Below are positions 35,578 through 45,544 of a stretch of DNA of 64,000 nucleotides, piece after piece (position 1 is the stretch's first letter; each line of letters begins with the position of its first letter). Made by a program: the position numbers and the translations under genes. The notes under the pieces are model-generated. The model was not told the DNA's origin. It saw only the letters and a program-made list of their open reading frames with translations, and did not search any database. The DNA is from Myxococcales bacterium. Its GTDB lineage: Bacteria; Myxococcota_A; Polyangia; Polyangiales; DASUME01. The stretch covers positions 672,001 to 736,000 of the forward strand of contig JASGJH010000001.1 in NCBI GenBank assembly GCA_047601445.1. Reading direction: 5' to 3'.

Positions 35578-36495
35578 TCACCAGGGCAGCTTGAACAAGC
35601 CCCCGGCGAACAGCTGACCAACTTCCACACCCGACAGCTGCTGACCGTTCTCGCGTCGCACCCGCCGGATCAGCACTGCTCCCTCACCAGCGCGAATCAC
35701 CACGCCCTGCGTCGCCATCACCGCGTCGCCCACTTCCAGCACACGCGGCACTCTTCCGTCGTAGACCACCGCGGAGAGCACCTCCACGGGCTCGCTGCCG
35801 AGCGTGGTCGCGGCGCCGGGGTGGGGCGCCAGCGCGCGCACCAGGTTCACGATCTCGCTCGCCTCGGCCTGCCAGCGCAGCGTTTGCAGCTCGTCGTCGG
35901 GGCTGGGGGCCGCGCTCGCCGTGCCCTCCTCCTGGGCAACTCCCGCGAGGGGCTCTCCGCGTCCCAGCTGCTGGGCCGCCTCCACGAACAAGCGCAAGCT
36001 GGGCGAGTCCAGACGTTTTGCGAGCGTCCAAGCGTTGAGTGCGGGGGCGATGGCGATCCGATGCTGCGCGACGATGTCCCCCGTGTCGTACTCGCGGGCC
36101 AGTCGATGCAGCGTCACGCCACTGTATGCGTCGCCACGAAACAGCGCCCAGAAGTACGGATCCGGTCCACGCCAACGGGGCAGCAGTGAGGGGTGCACGC
36201 CGAACGCGCCGCGCGGGGCCAAATCAAGTACGTCCTGCGGGATGAGGAAGGGCCAAAACCAGCTCAGGATCACGTCTGGTCGTGCGCTCGAAATCGCCCG
36301 TAAAACCTCGGTCGAAGTGAGGTCCGGGCGCGCCAGCACCAAGGTTCCGTGCGCAAACGTCCGGCGCACGCGTCGTGCACCCGGGGCGTCCGGATGACCG
36401 AGCGCGATGACGCAGGGGGAGACCCCGGCTTGGTGCAGGGCGAGCGCGCCCAGAGGCAAACCGAAGTAGGCGACGCGCAAGGGAAGGCTCGACAT
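35578..36495 (-). CDS. Formyltransferase (Fmt/ArnA-N-terminal-like)
   Basis: HPSLLPRWRG, GVTLH, DTGDI, VRALAP.PGA. Confidence 0.85.
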   Translation of the reverse strand: MSSLPLRVAYFGLPLGALALHQAGVSPCVIALGHPDAPGARRVRRTFAHGTLVLARPDLTSTEVLRAISSARPDVILSWFWPFLIPQDVLDLAPRGAFGVHPSLLPRWRGPDPYFWALFRGDAYSGVTLHRLAREYDTGDIVAQHRIAIAPALNAWTLAKRLDSPSLRLFVEAAQQLGRGEPLAGVAQEEGTASAAPSPDDELQTLRWQAEASEIVNLVRALAPHPGAATTLGSEPVEVLSAVVYDGRVPRVLEVGDAVMATQGVVIRAGEGAVLIRRVRRENGQQLSGVEVGQLFAGGLFKLPW

Positions 36496-36526
36496 GGCCA
36501 GGCAGCTGCGTTATGCCGCTTGCCCG

Positions 36527-36931
36527 GTGTCTTTACAAACCCCGACGATCCGAGTCGTGGCCGCCATGGTCGAGAGGGGAGGTCGCTACCTGATCACGCA
36601 GCGACGCCCGAGCGCAGTCCTGCCGCTGCTGTGGGAGTTCCCGGGGGGCCGGGTCGAGGTCGGCGAAGACGACCAAGGGGCGCTCCAGCGCGAGCTCAAG
36701 GAGCGACTCGACACGGACGTATCCGTGGGCCAGCTCATCTCCTACGTCAGTCACCGCTACGAGCACTACACCGTCGAGCTCTACCTCTACGAGTGCAAGC
36801 TCACGAGCGAGACGCTCTCGGCACGGAACGTGAACGATCTCCGCTGGGTGCGCTCCGAAGAGTTCGACCTCTACGAGTTCACGCCAGCCGACGAAGCGTC
36901 CATGACCAAGCTCTTGGGGGTGGCTACATGA
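36527..36931 (+). CDS. NUDIX hydrolase (MutT/NudG-like)
   Basis: WEFPGGRVE.GE...ALQRELKE; start at 36494 or 36527. Confidence 0.9.
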   Translation: MSLQTPTIRVVAAMVERGGRYLITQRRPSAVLPLLWEFPGGRVEVGEDDQGALQRELKERLDTDVSVGQLISYVSHRYEHYTVELYLYECKLTSETLSARNVNDLRWVRSEEFDLYEFTPADEASMTKLLGVAT

Positions 36932-37458
36932 GCGCGCCGCGTCTTGTGCCCTGCCTCCTGCTGTGCGCGCTGAGTGCGTGTGAAGCCGCACCTGTTGCGA
37001 GCAAGTCCGAGGCCAGCAAGTCGGCAACCCATGAGTCGGCGTCGACGCCGGTCGCCGAGAGGCCTGCGGAGCCCGCTGCGCCTGCGGCCGCCGAACGAAC
37101 CTTTGGCGCACCCCTGACGCAGCAAACGGCCGTGCCCGTCTCCGAGGTGTTGGCGAACCCGGAGCCCTTGCTCGGCAAGGTGGTGCAGTGCAGCGGCGTG
37201 GTCGCACGCGTGTGCGAGCGTGCGGGTTGCTGGCTCGAGCTGCGCGCAGAAGGAAGCCCGGCCAGCGAGGGCTTGCGCGTGCCCATGGCGCGCCACGCGT
37301 TCTTCATCCCTCAGGACGCCGTGGGTCGCCCGGCCATCGTCGAGGGGGAGCTGAGTGCACGTGAGCTCGGCGCGGGGGAACGCGCGCATCTGGAGGGCGA
37401 GGGGCTCAAAGCCATTGGACCACTCTCGCTATCGGCCTCGGGCGTTGTGATACGCTGA
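36928..37458 (+). CDS. Lipoprotein, DUF4920-like
   Basis: Lipobox LSAC; FGAP, VC..AGCW, FFIPQD; ATGA overlap with the NUDIX stop. Confidence 0.75.
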   Translation: MSAPRLVPCLLLCALSACEAAPVASKSEASKSATHESASTPVAERPAEPAAPAAAERTFGAPLTQQTAVPVSEVLANPEPLLGKVVQCSGVVARVCERAGCWLELRAEGSPASEGLRVPMARHAFFIPQDAVGRPAIVEGELSARELGAGERAHLEGEGLKAIGPLSLSASGVVIR

Positions 37459-37464
37459 AGCGGC

Positions 37465-38139
37465 TTGTCTGCCCCTGACGTCTGTCCCTGCTGTCACGGA
37501 GAGCTCGCGAAGGCATCCGCGCGCTGTCGGCGCTGTACCGCGGCGGTCGGGGAAGAAAATCGCTGTCCACGCTGTCACGCCTACGCGGCGGTCATCGAGC
37601 GTTCGAGCGGCTATCACTGCGGTGCTTGCGGCGCCCCGCGTGAACGCATGGCCCAGACCCAGTGTCTGTCCGACGCCGAGCTCCTGCAGGCCCTGGAGCC
37701 ACGTCCTCCGCAACGCCATGCCCTGTGGGCTGCGCTCGCGGCGTTACCGTTCCTGATCGCCAGCCTGGCGCTGCGTTCGGTGCTTCCGGAGATGCGCTGG
37801 CTGCTCGCTCTCGCGGGCGGCTTCGTGCTGCTCTGTGTGTTCGCCTATCGACAGCGCTCCCGGCGCCTTCAGGAACGTCGCCGCGCGTTCGAGATCGAAC
37901 AACGCATCATCGGTCTCGCGTATCAAACGGACGGTGTGCTGCGTGAGCAGGAGGTCTCCACGCGGCTGCGCATCTCGCTGGTCGAGGCTCGTTTGACCCT
38001 GGAGGAGTTGGCCCGTCAGGAGCGCGCCGTCGCCTACGGGCAAGGCCACGCCGTCTCCGAGTTCCGCTTCGGGGAGGCGCGCCGTACCCGCGCCATTCGC
38101 CGACGCTCGCCACCCCCCAAGCAGGATCAGTCGTCGTAG
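37465..38139 (+). CDS. Cys-rich zinc-ribbon membrane protein
   Basis: Four CxxC pairs, two TM helices and a helix-turn-helix-like C-terminus. Confidence 0.7.
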   Translation: MSAPDVCPCCHGELAKASARCRRCTAAVGEENRCPRCHAYAAVIERSSGYHCGACGAPRERMAQTQCLSDAELLQALEPRPPQRHALWAALAALPFLIASLALRSVLPEMRWLLALAGGFVLLCVFAYRQRSRRLQERRRAFEIEQRIIGLAYQTDGVLREQEVSTRLRISLVEARLTLEELARQERAVAYGQGHAVSEFRFGEARRTRAIRRRSPPPKQDQSS

Positions 38140-38867
38140 AACATCGGTGCGCGCTTGCGGATGAAGCGCAGGATCAGCTCGCGATTGTCGGCCGGCAGCG
38201 CCTCGAACTTCACGCCCATACCGGGCTCCGCCTCGGCGGACAGGTCCATCGGATCGCGCACGAAGTGCACGCGGCCCGGCAGCTTGAACTCGTAGCCGCC
38301 CGGCAGATTGACCAGCACGTACACCAGGGTGTCGACGTCCAGGGTGTTGTAGGTGGCCACGAATACGCCGCCCTCGGCGATCTCACCGGAGAAACCCACG
38401 TAGAAGTTGGTCTCGGAGCTCGCTCCCAGGTTCGCCTCCACTTCCTGGCGCGGACCGGGCGCGATGACGGGCGGGACCGACGCACCCTTGGGCGCGGCAC
38501 CCTTGGGCGCGATGGAGACGCGGGCCGGCGCCGGGAACATGCTCGGCACCACCGTGAGCGGGTGCAGTCGGCTCATGGCTCCCGCGATCGTTGCCGTGGC
38601 CACACCGACGCCGCGGTGGTTGGTCTTGACGTCCTGGAGCAGGGCCATGGTCTGGCTCAGCGAACCCAGGGCGTTTCGGATGGACACTTTGCCCGCGCGC
38701 TCGTCGCTCGCCTTCTCCGCGTCGAACAGCGCTCCCACCGCCTGGGCGATGTTCTGGGCCACACTCATCACGTCAGGGGGAGTGTTCGGATCTTCTTGCA
38801 GACCAGCCAGTGCCTTGCCCAGCTCTTCGCGCGCCCCGCGCGCAACGTCCGCTCCAGAGTAACTCAT
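38127..38867 (-). CDS. Myxococcales-type PilZ-domain protein with helical N-terminus
   Basis: SETNFYVGFS..IAEGGVFVAT, PGMGVKF, FIRKRAPMFYD. Confidence 0.85.
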   Translation of the reverse strand: MSYSGADVARGAREELGKALAGLQEDPNTPPDVMSVAQNIAQAVGALFDAEKASDERAGKVSIRNALGSLSQTMALLQDVKTNHRGVGVATATIAGAMSRLHPLTVVPSMFPAPARVSIAPKGAAPKGASVPPVIAPGPRQEVEANLGASSETNFYVGFSGEIAEGGVFVATYNTLDVDTLVYVLVNLPGGYEFKLPGRVHFVRDPMDLSAEAEPGMGVKFEALPADNRELILRFIRKRAPMFYDD

Positions 38868-39132
38868 CGATCTTCCTCATCCCTCAAGCTGCGCCGTGAC
38901 CGCTGTGGCTCGACTGACCGAGTCGCGCGCCGGCTCCAGCACACGCGCACAAAACACCGGCCCAGCATAACGTTCCCGTGGGCTGCATTCCAGTCTCTCT
39001 CTATCCCGGGATGGGTCCGCGGGGCATTCTTGCTCGCTGACCATCCGTTCCCCCCGGGAGCCAGGGATAAACGGGCGGCCTGCAAAGGGTCGCTCCCAGG
39101 GCCCTTCGACCGGTCCGTCCTTTGGGGCGAAA

Positions 39133-39567
39133 TCAGAGCGACTTCGTAAAGACCATTCGGGCGCGCCCGGGGCCGGCGTAGTCGGGGACCTCGCGCGCCT
39201 CGAAGCCCAGGGCGGTGTGGAACTTCCACGAGGCCTCGTGACCCACCATGCCGATCGCCTTGATGGTCCTGAAGCCGGCCCGCCTACAGGCCGCCTCGAA
39301 GTGCTGGTAGAGGCTTTTCCCCACGCCGTGACGACGAGCGTTGGGATCGATGCCCACGAGGTGAACGTACCCGACGCCCGAAGCGGGCACCGCCAGGCCG
39401 AGCAGGAAACCCACCACGCGCCCGTCGACCTCGGCGATCAGCGCATGCTCACCGAGCTCGTGGAAGAAAAACGGACTTGCGCGCTCGGTGGAGGGGCCGC
39501 CCCACCATGCGTCGAAGACGGACACGATATAGTCGAAGTCCTGTTTGGTGATGCCTCGGACGATCAT
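39133..39567 (-). CDS. GNAT acetyltransferase
   Basis: YVHLVGIDPNARRHGVGK, FH..LGF. Confidence 0.9.
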   Translation of the reverse strand: MIVRGITKQDFDYIVSVFDAWWGGPSTERASPFFFHELGEHALIAEVDGRVVGFLLGLAVPASGVGYVHLVGIDPNARRHGVGKSLYQHFEAACRRAGFRTIKAIGMVGHEASWKFHTALGFEAREVPDYAGPGRARMVFTKSL

Positions 39568-39647
39568 GTCTTTCCGCTGGGCCACATGCGCTCCCACATC
39601 AAACCACCCTCTGCGCGGCGGAATCGCGCGCAAGATAGCAGCGATCG

Positions 39648-40253
39648 ATGACTGATAACCAGGTACTTTTCTGTCCCTTCTGCCGCGAGAGCTTCGAGGG
39701 ACGAACCACCTGCCCGGAACATGATCTGACCCTCGTGGACTTCGCGAAATTGGGGCCCGATCCGCTCGAGCCGGACAACATGCCGGAGGTCATCGACGAA
39801 ACGCCGTTGGCGCTCGTGGAGCCCACGTTCGGCCGCGGCTACGTGGCGGCCGGCGCATTCCTCAACGCGCTCGCACTGGCCTGCAACTTCGTGCGCGGCT
39901 CGAGCGCCTCTCCGGGCGTGAGCACGCGGGATCTCGCCGTAACGTTGCCGAGCCTGTGGACGCTGGGCCTGGTGAGCTTCACGTTGCTCTTCATCCTGCA
40001 GCGCCGCCGCACGCCGCGCGCGCTGCGTAGCGTGCGCGTGTTGGTGCCCGTGCTGGCGTTCGTTTCTCCGCTCACGGCGGCCTGGGCGTTCCATCGCTTG
40101 AGCGAAGGCGTGCTCGTGTGGTCCACGGGCGAACGCGCGCTCCATCCAGTGCCCGGTCTCGCCCTCTATCTCATTGTCCTGGCGTCCGCGCTCATCTTCT
40201 TCGGCGGCCTGCGCCTCGGTGTGCTTCCCAAGCGCAAGGAACTGCGTGTCTAG
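39648..40253 (+). CDS. Hypothetical membrane protein with N-terminal CxxC...CxxH knuckle
   Basis: CPFC...CPEH followed by four hydrophobic segments. Confidence 0.7.
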   Translation: MTDNQVLFCPFCRESFEGRTTCPEHDLTLVDFAKLGPDPLEPDNMPEVIDETPLALVEPTFGRGYVAAGAFLNALALACNFVRGSSASPGVSTRDLAVTLPSLWTLGLVSFTLLFILQRRRTPRALRSVRVLVPVLAFVSPLTAAWAFHRLSEGVLVWSTGERALHPVPGLALYLIVLASALIFFGGLRLGVLPKRKELRV

Positions 40254-40259
40254 TCGAGG

Positions 40260-41012
40260 TCAGTAGGCGCGCTTGAAGGACCAGGCCGCCGTGCCCACCG
40301 TCAAGCAGGCGAAGCCGCAGATCACCGCCAGGTTCAGCGCCATTCCGTGCTGCCCCACGCCGATCAACACCTGTCTCAGCGCGTCCACCGCGTAGGTGAT
40401 GGGGTTGAGGCGGATCAAGGCCTGGAGCCAGCTCGGCGCGTCGTTCACCGGATACATGGAGCCAGACAGGAAGAACAAGGGGAGGGCCACCAGGTTGGCC
40501 AGGTTCGAGAAGCCCTCGAACGTCTTCAAGCGCGCCGCGATGCACAGCGCGAGGCCCACCACCGAGGCGCTCGTCACGAACACGATCGCCAACGTCGGCA
40601 ACAGGCCGGCCCAGCGCACCGGCACGCCCACGAGCGGAGAAAAGAGCAGGGTCAACAGGGCCTGGAGGCCCGTCGTCAAGGTGCCTGCCAGCACCTTTCC
40701 CAGCACGATGGAGAGCCGCGACACGGGAGCGATCAGGACCTCCTTGAGGAAGCCGAACTCGCGATCCCAGACGGTGGAGACGCCCGCAAACAAGCCGCTG
40801 AACAGCACGGTCATGGCCACGATGCCCGGCAGCAGATACGCCGCGTAGGAGACCCCCGTTTGGGCCCGAAACGCGTTGTGCATGCCGCTGCCCAGGAAGA
40901 TCAGCCACAGCACGGGGCGCGCCAACGACGCGTACAGCGCGCTGCGCTCGCGCGAGAAGCGGAGCAGCTCCCGCTTGCACAGGGCGTAGATGGTCTCGAG
41001 ACTTCGCATCAT
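40260..41012 (-). CDS. ABC-2 type exporter permease
   Basis: DREFGFLKEVLIAP, FLSG..YP, NPITYAVD. Confidence 0.92.
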   Translation of the reverse strand: MMRSLETIYALCKRELLRFSRERSALYASLARPVLWLIFLGSGMHNAFRAQTGVSYAAYLLPGIVAMTVLFSGLFAGVSTVWDREFGFLKEVLIAPVSRLSIVLGKVLAGTLTTGLQALLTLLFSPLVGVPVRWAGLLPTLAIVFVTSASVVGLALCIAARLKTFEGFSNLANLVALPLFFLSGSMYPVNDAPSWLQALIRLNPITYAVDALRQVLIGVGQHGMALNLAVICGFACLTVGTAAWSFKRAY

Positions 41013-41836
41013 CAGCGAAATCTCCCGCGGCGCTGGACTTCGCGGCGTGCGTGGTCGCGGCTCGAGGCTTCCTCTTCACGGATGGCCGAGCCCGTGAGGT
41101 ACACGAACACGTCCTCCAACGCGGCTTTGCCATGGGCGAGCTCGGGCGGCAGGCGCGCTTTCAGCTCGCTGGGGCTGCCCTGCGCCACCACCTGCCCGCG
41201 GTCCACGATGGTCACGGCGTCGGCGCTCTCGACCTCCTCGAGGTAGTGCGTGGTCAAGAACACCGTCATGCCGCGCTGCTGCCGCAATTCCGACAGGTGT
41301 TGCCAAAAGCTGCGCCGGGTCTGTGGGTCGAGCCCTGCGGTCGGCTCGTCCAGGAACAACACCTCGGGCTCGTGCAGCAGCACCCGCGCCAATTCCAGCC
41401 TGCGGCGCATGCCTCCGCTGTAGCCGCGCACGATGTTGCCAATGCTCGCCCCCAGGCCCGTCAGTTGCACGGCTTGATCCATGCGGCGCTTGCGCTCGCC
41501 GCGCGGCACGCCGTAGACCAGCGCATGCAGCTCCAGGTTTTCGAGGCCCGTCAGGCGGTCGTCGACGCAGGGATCCTGGAACAACACGCCGATCTTGGCG
41601 CGTACCCGGTCGGGTGTGCGGGCCACGTCGAAGCCCGCCACGCGCGCGCTGCCGGCGCTGGGTGAACGCAGGGTGCAGAGCACCGACACCGTGGTCGATT
41701 TGCCGGCGCCGTTGGGCCCGAGAAAGCCGAACAACGAACAACGCGGTACCCGAAAGCTGACCCCATCGACTGCGACGAAGTCGCCAAAGCGAACCGAAAG
41801 GCGATCACAGACGATGGCGTCGTCGTCGCGGCTCAC
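41012..41836 (-). CDS. ABC exporter ATP-binding protein (DrrA-like)
   Basis: GPNGAGKST, YSGGM, LDEPT, TTH. Confidence 0.95.
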   Translation of the reverse strand: MSRDDDAIVCDRLSVRFGDFVAVDGVSFRVPRCSLFGFLGPNGAGKSTTVSVLCTLRSPSAGSARVAGFDVARTPDRVRAKIGVLFQDPCVDDRLTGLENLELHALVYGVPRGERKRRMDQAVQLTGLGASIGNIVRGYSGGMRRRLELARVLLHEPEVLFLDEPTAGLDPQTRRSFWQHLSELRQQRGMTVFLTTHYLEEVESADAVTIVDRGQVVAQGSPSELKARLPPELAHGKAALEDVFVYLTGSAIREEEASSRDHARREVQRRGRFR

Positions 41837-41851
41837 GAGAGCTCCCGTCCT

Positions 41852-42878
41852 TCAGCCTTCGGACGCTCCAGGCGGCGAGGATTGTGAGGGGGGCGAATTG
41901 GGCAGGTCCGGTCGGTAGAGGTAGCCCTGCTGTTGGAACACGCAGATGCGGTCGCGACCATCGTGCTTCGCACGGTAGAGGGCCTCGTCGGCGGCCTTGA
42001 GCAGCTGATCCTTGCTCTTGATGTCGCGGCTCGGATAGAGCGAGATGCCTACCGAAATGGTCACCTTCAAGCGCTTGTCCGCGCCGACCGTCACGCTCTT
42101 CTGTCCGACCGTCCGCCACACGCGATCGGCCACCGTGAGCGCGCCGGCGAAATGCGTGTTCGGCAGGACGAGCAAGAACTCCTCGCCCCCATAGCGCGCC
42201 ACCACGTCGACTTCGCGCACGGCCCCCGAGATGCGTTGGGCCACCTCGCGCAACACCTGATCTCCCACGTCGTGACCGTGCTCGTCGTTGACGTTCTTGA
42301 AGCGATCGATGTCGATCATCGCGCAGGCCAGCGGGTAGCGGTAGCGCTGGGCGCGCTTGAACTCTTCTCCCAGCCGCGTCTGCAGGTACCGATAGTTGTA
42401 GGTGCCGGTCAGTTCGTCCTGGATGGCCAGACGCTCGAGACGCTTCTTGCTCTCGAGTACCTCGTCGTGGGCCCGCTTGAGACGCAGCAAATTGTCCACG
42501 CGCGCCAGCAGCTCGCGCTCGTCGAAGGGCTTGCCCAGATAGTCATCTGCACCGATGCGCAGTCCCTCGATGCGGCTCTCCGTGTCGCTGCGCGAGGTGA
42601 GCAGTACGATCGGTAGGAAGCGCTCGTCCGACATCCCTTTGAGCAGCCGACAGCATTCGATCCCGCTCAGGCGCGGCATGACGATGTCCAAAATCGCCAG
42701 GTCTACGCCGCCTTTCTTGGCGCGATCGAGGGCGGCTTGGCCGTCCTCGACGGCCTCCACGCGCAGGCCATGGTCCTGCAACACCTTGGTTACCATCTGG
42801 CGGGCGATGCGGTCGTCTTCGGCGACCAGTACCAGGGGAATTTCCTGCCGCTGCGGGGGCTCCGAATCCAGCCTGCAT
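41852..42878 (-). CDS. Receiver-GGDEF diguanylate cyclase; apparent +1 frameshift at 42864-42868
   Basis: Receiver LVAEDD...LDIVMP...KPF; GGEEF with REVD I-site; ATG 42878 comes into frame if one T of GATTC is removed. Confidence 0.9.
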
Positions 42879-43193
42879 TCGTTTCAGGGTACGTCCTTCC
42901 CCCGCGCCTGTCTATGGACAGGTGAGATCCGGGAAAGCCTCGTGTGCACGAGGGCTTTCATCGCGCTACACGGATTATGCCAAAAGCCGTAAGCGGCTTC
43001 TCAGCACGGCCCCGGGGGCCTATACTTCAACAAGGCTCGACCGCCGTCGGTTCATGTCAGCGACCGCCGGTGCTCGAGGCCAAGCCCAGAGATTGGACGA
43101 GCCCGGCACGGTCGGGTTCCCCGCGCAGAAGTACGGAACTGAATCTGCCCGCCGCGAGAGCGGGCGCACTTCGACCGCGGTAAGGAGAACGGG

Positions 43194-44675
43194 ATGGAGA
43201 TTAAGCAGCAGCTACGGCTCTCACAACAGCTCGTGATGACGCCACAGCTGCAGCAGGCCATCAAACTGCTCCAGATGTCTCGGATGGAGCTCGTCGACAT
43301 GGTTCGCGAGGAGCTCATGGAGAACCCGGTCCTGGAGGACACCCAGGATCAGGCGGACGGCATCCGGGCCGACCGGAGTGAACAGGCCGCCGAGCGGGCC
43401 GAGATCAGCACCATCGATCAGCAGATCAACGCCGACGACCGGGCGGTGGGGCTCGAGAACAAGGCCAGCGAAAAGAAGGCCGACGAGATCGACTGGGAGC
43501 GCTATCTCGAGAACCACGCGTTGCAGGCGCCACTGCCCTCGTTCCGCGGCGGTCTCGAAGACGAGATGCCCAGCTACGAGGCCACGGCCACGCGCGCCGA
43601 GGACCTCACCGATCACCTCACCTGGCAGGTGCGCATGAGCGACCTGCTCGACGACGAGAAGGGGTTCGCCCTGCTCGTGATCGGAAACCTCGACGATCAC
43701 GGCTATTTGCGCGTGGAAGGTGTGGCCGAAGAGGAAATCGTCCCCAGGCTCGCGGCCGAAGCGGGTCTCGATCCTGAAGACGCCGAAGAGGTGCTCAAGA
43801 TCATCCAGCGCTTCGATCCCGTGGGCGTGGGCTCACGCAGCCTGCGCGAGTGCTTGTTGATGCAAGCCGAGCACTTCGGGCTCGACCAGCTCGCCATCCA
43901 GGTGCTGGGAGAACACCTGCACAACCTGGAGAAGCGTAACTACCAGGCCATCGCCAAGGCGCTCAAGGTTACCGTCGAAGAGGTCTACGACGTTGCCCAG
44001 GTCATCTCCGAGCTGGAGCCACGCCCAGGGCGCAACTTCGTCAGCGAGGAGCCCCGCTACATCACCCCGGACGTCGAGGTGATCAAGGTCGGGGACGAAT
44101 ACTTCGTGCGCGCCAACGACGACGGCATGCCGCGCCTGAAGATCAGCAACTTCTACCGGGCCGCCATGCAGGGGGACCCGAAGGCCAAGGAGTACATCCA
44201 GGGCAAGCTGCGCAGCGCGCAGTGGCTCATCCGCAGCATCGACCAGCGCCGCAAGACCATCGTGCGCGTGACCGAATGCATCGTGGAGAAGCAGCGCGAA
44301 TTCTTCGACCGCGGCATCGACTACCTGAAGCCGATGATCCTGCGCGACGTGGCCGAAACCGTGGGCATGCACGAGAGCACGATCTCGCGCGTGACCAGCA
44401 ATAAGTATGTAAACACACCTCAGGGGCTGTACGAGCTCAAGTTCTTCTTCAACAGCGCCATCCGCCGCGAACACGATGATGACATCGCGTCCGAGAGCGT
44501 GAAGCAGGCGATCAAGAAGATCATTTCCGAGGAAGAAGCCAAGGAACCGCACAGCGATCAGAAGATTGTGGAGATCCTCGCGCAACAGGACATCGTCATC
44601 GCGCGGCGAACGGTGGCAAAGTATCGGGAGATGCTTGGCATCTTGAGTTCGTCGAAGCGCAAGAAGTACTTTTAA
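43194..44675 (+). CDS. rpoN: RNA polymerase sigma-54
   Basis: PQLQQAIKLLQ, HESTISR, RpoN box ARRTVAKYRE; AAGGAG RBS. Confidence 0.98.
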   Translation: MEIKQQLRLSQQLVMTPQLQQAIKLLQMSRMELVDMVREELMENPVLEDTQDQADGIRADRSEQAAERAEISTIDQQINADDRAVGLENKASEKKADEIDWERYLENHALQAPLPSFRGGLEDEMPSYEATATRAEDLTDHLTWQVRMSDLLDDEKGFALLVIGNLDDHGYLRVEGVAEEEIVPRLAAEAGLDPEDAEEVLKIIQRFDPVGVGSRSLRECLLMQAEHFGLDQLAIQVLGEHLHNLEKRNYQAIAKALKVTVEEVYDVAQVISELEPRPGRNFVSEEPRYITPDVEVIKVGDEYFVRANDDGMPRLKISNFYRAAMQGDPKAKEYIQGKLRSAQWLIRSIDQRRKTIVRVTECIVEKQREFFDRGIDYLKPMILRDVAETVGMHESTISRVTSNKYVNTPQGLYELKFFFNSAIRREHDDDIASESVKQAIKKIISEEEAKEPHSDQKIVEILAQQDIVIARRTVAKYREMLGILSSSKRKKYF

Positions 44676-44717
44676 GACGTCCCGCCGGCGCGGTGCCGGC
44701 AAATCGGAGGGTTAGCT

Positions 44718-45029
44718 ATGAGAATCGCATTCACGTTCCGCAATCTCGATTCATCTGATGCGATCAAGAACTACGCCTCCGAAAAGCTCGCCAAAGTACA
44801 GAAATACTTGAGGGCCCCCCTCGACGCCGACGTCACGGTGTCGGTGGAGCGCCACTATCACCAGGTCGAAGTCGTGCTCCGCTCCGATGGCCATACCTTC
44901 GTGGCCACCGAGCAATCCGACGACATGTACAAGTCCATCGACATCGTGTCCGACACGGTGGAGTCCCAGATTCGTCGCACCAAAGGGGCCGAACAGGACC
45001 GGCGGCGCCAGGCCAACTCAGAAAAGTGA
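44718..45029 (+). CDS. hpf: Ribosome hibernation promoting factor (short HPF/RaiA)
   Basis: FRNLDSSDAIKNY..EKL, DMYKSID; directly after rpoN. Confidence 0.9.
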   Translation: MRIAFTFRNLDSSDAIKNYASEKLAKVQKYLRAPLDADVTVSVERHYHQVEVVLRSDGHTFVATEQSDDMYKSIDIVSDTVESQIRRTKGAEQDRRRQANSEK

Positions 45030-45082
45030 ACCGCGCGCGATTGCGTGCGGTGAAATCCTAGGGTAATCGGCGAGCGCTGGTT

Positions 45083-45544
45083 ATGCGGCTCATCGACATT
45101 CTCAGCGAAGAGCGGGTTACGACGCGACTCTCGGTCTCGAGCAAAGACGAGGCCCTGAGGGCGCTGTCGCAGCTATTTGCCGAACGCGACCCCGCGCTCG
45201 ATGTGAACGTCGTCCATGAGGTGCTGTCCGAGCGCGAGCGCCTGGCCAGCACCGGCGTGGGCAGCAGCGTGGCCATTCCCCATGGACGCATATCGGCTAT
45301 CGATGACCTGCGTGCGGCCATGGCGATCAGCCGAGACGGTATCCCGTTCGAGGCCATCGATGGCGCGCCGGTGCGCATCATCATCGGCGTGCTGGCGCCA
45401 CAGCATCACACCGGCGATCACTTGAGGGTCTTGGCGCGGGTTTCGCGCCTGTTGCGGAACAGCGAGGTCCGAGAGGGCTTGCTGGGGGCGGAGGACGCCC
45501 ACGCTGCCTACGAGGTGATCGCCCGTGCCGACCGACAAGCCTGA
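45083..45544 (+). CDS. ptsN: PTS EIIA component (Ntr-like)
   Basis: RERLASTGVG..VAIPHGR, FEAIDG.PV, HL..LA. Confidence 0.9.
   Translation: MRLIDILSEERVTTRLSVSSKDEALRALSQLFAERDPALDVNVVHEVLSERERLASTGVGSSVAIPHGRISAIDDLRAAMAISRDGIPFEAIDGAPVRIIIGVLAPQHHTGDHLRVLARVSRLLRNSEVREGLLGAEDAHAAYEVIARADRQA

Noticed and set aside
42869..42871. CTG start for the diguanylate cyclase
   Set aside because: Possible, but the ATG at 42878 comes into frame with the same GATTC-to-GATC correction seen at three other sites
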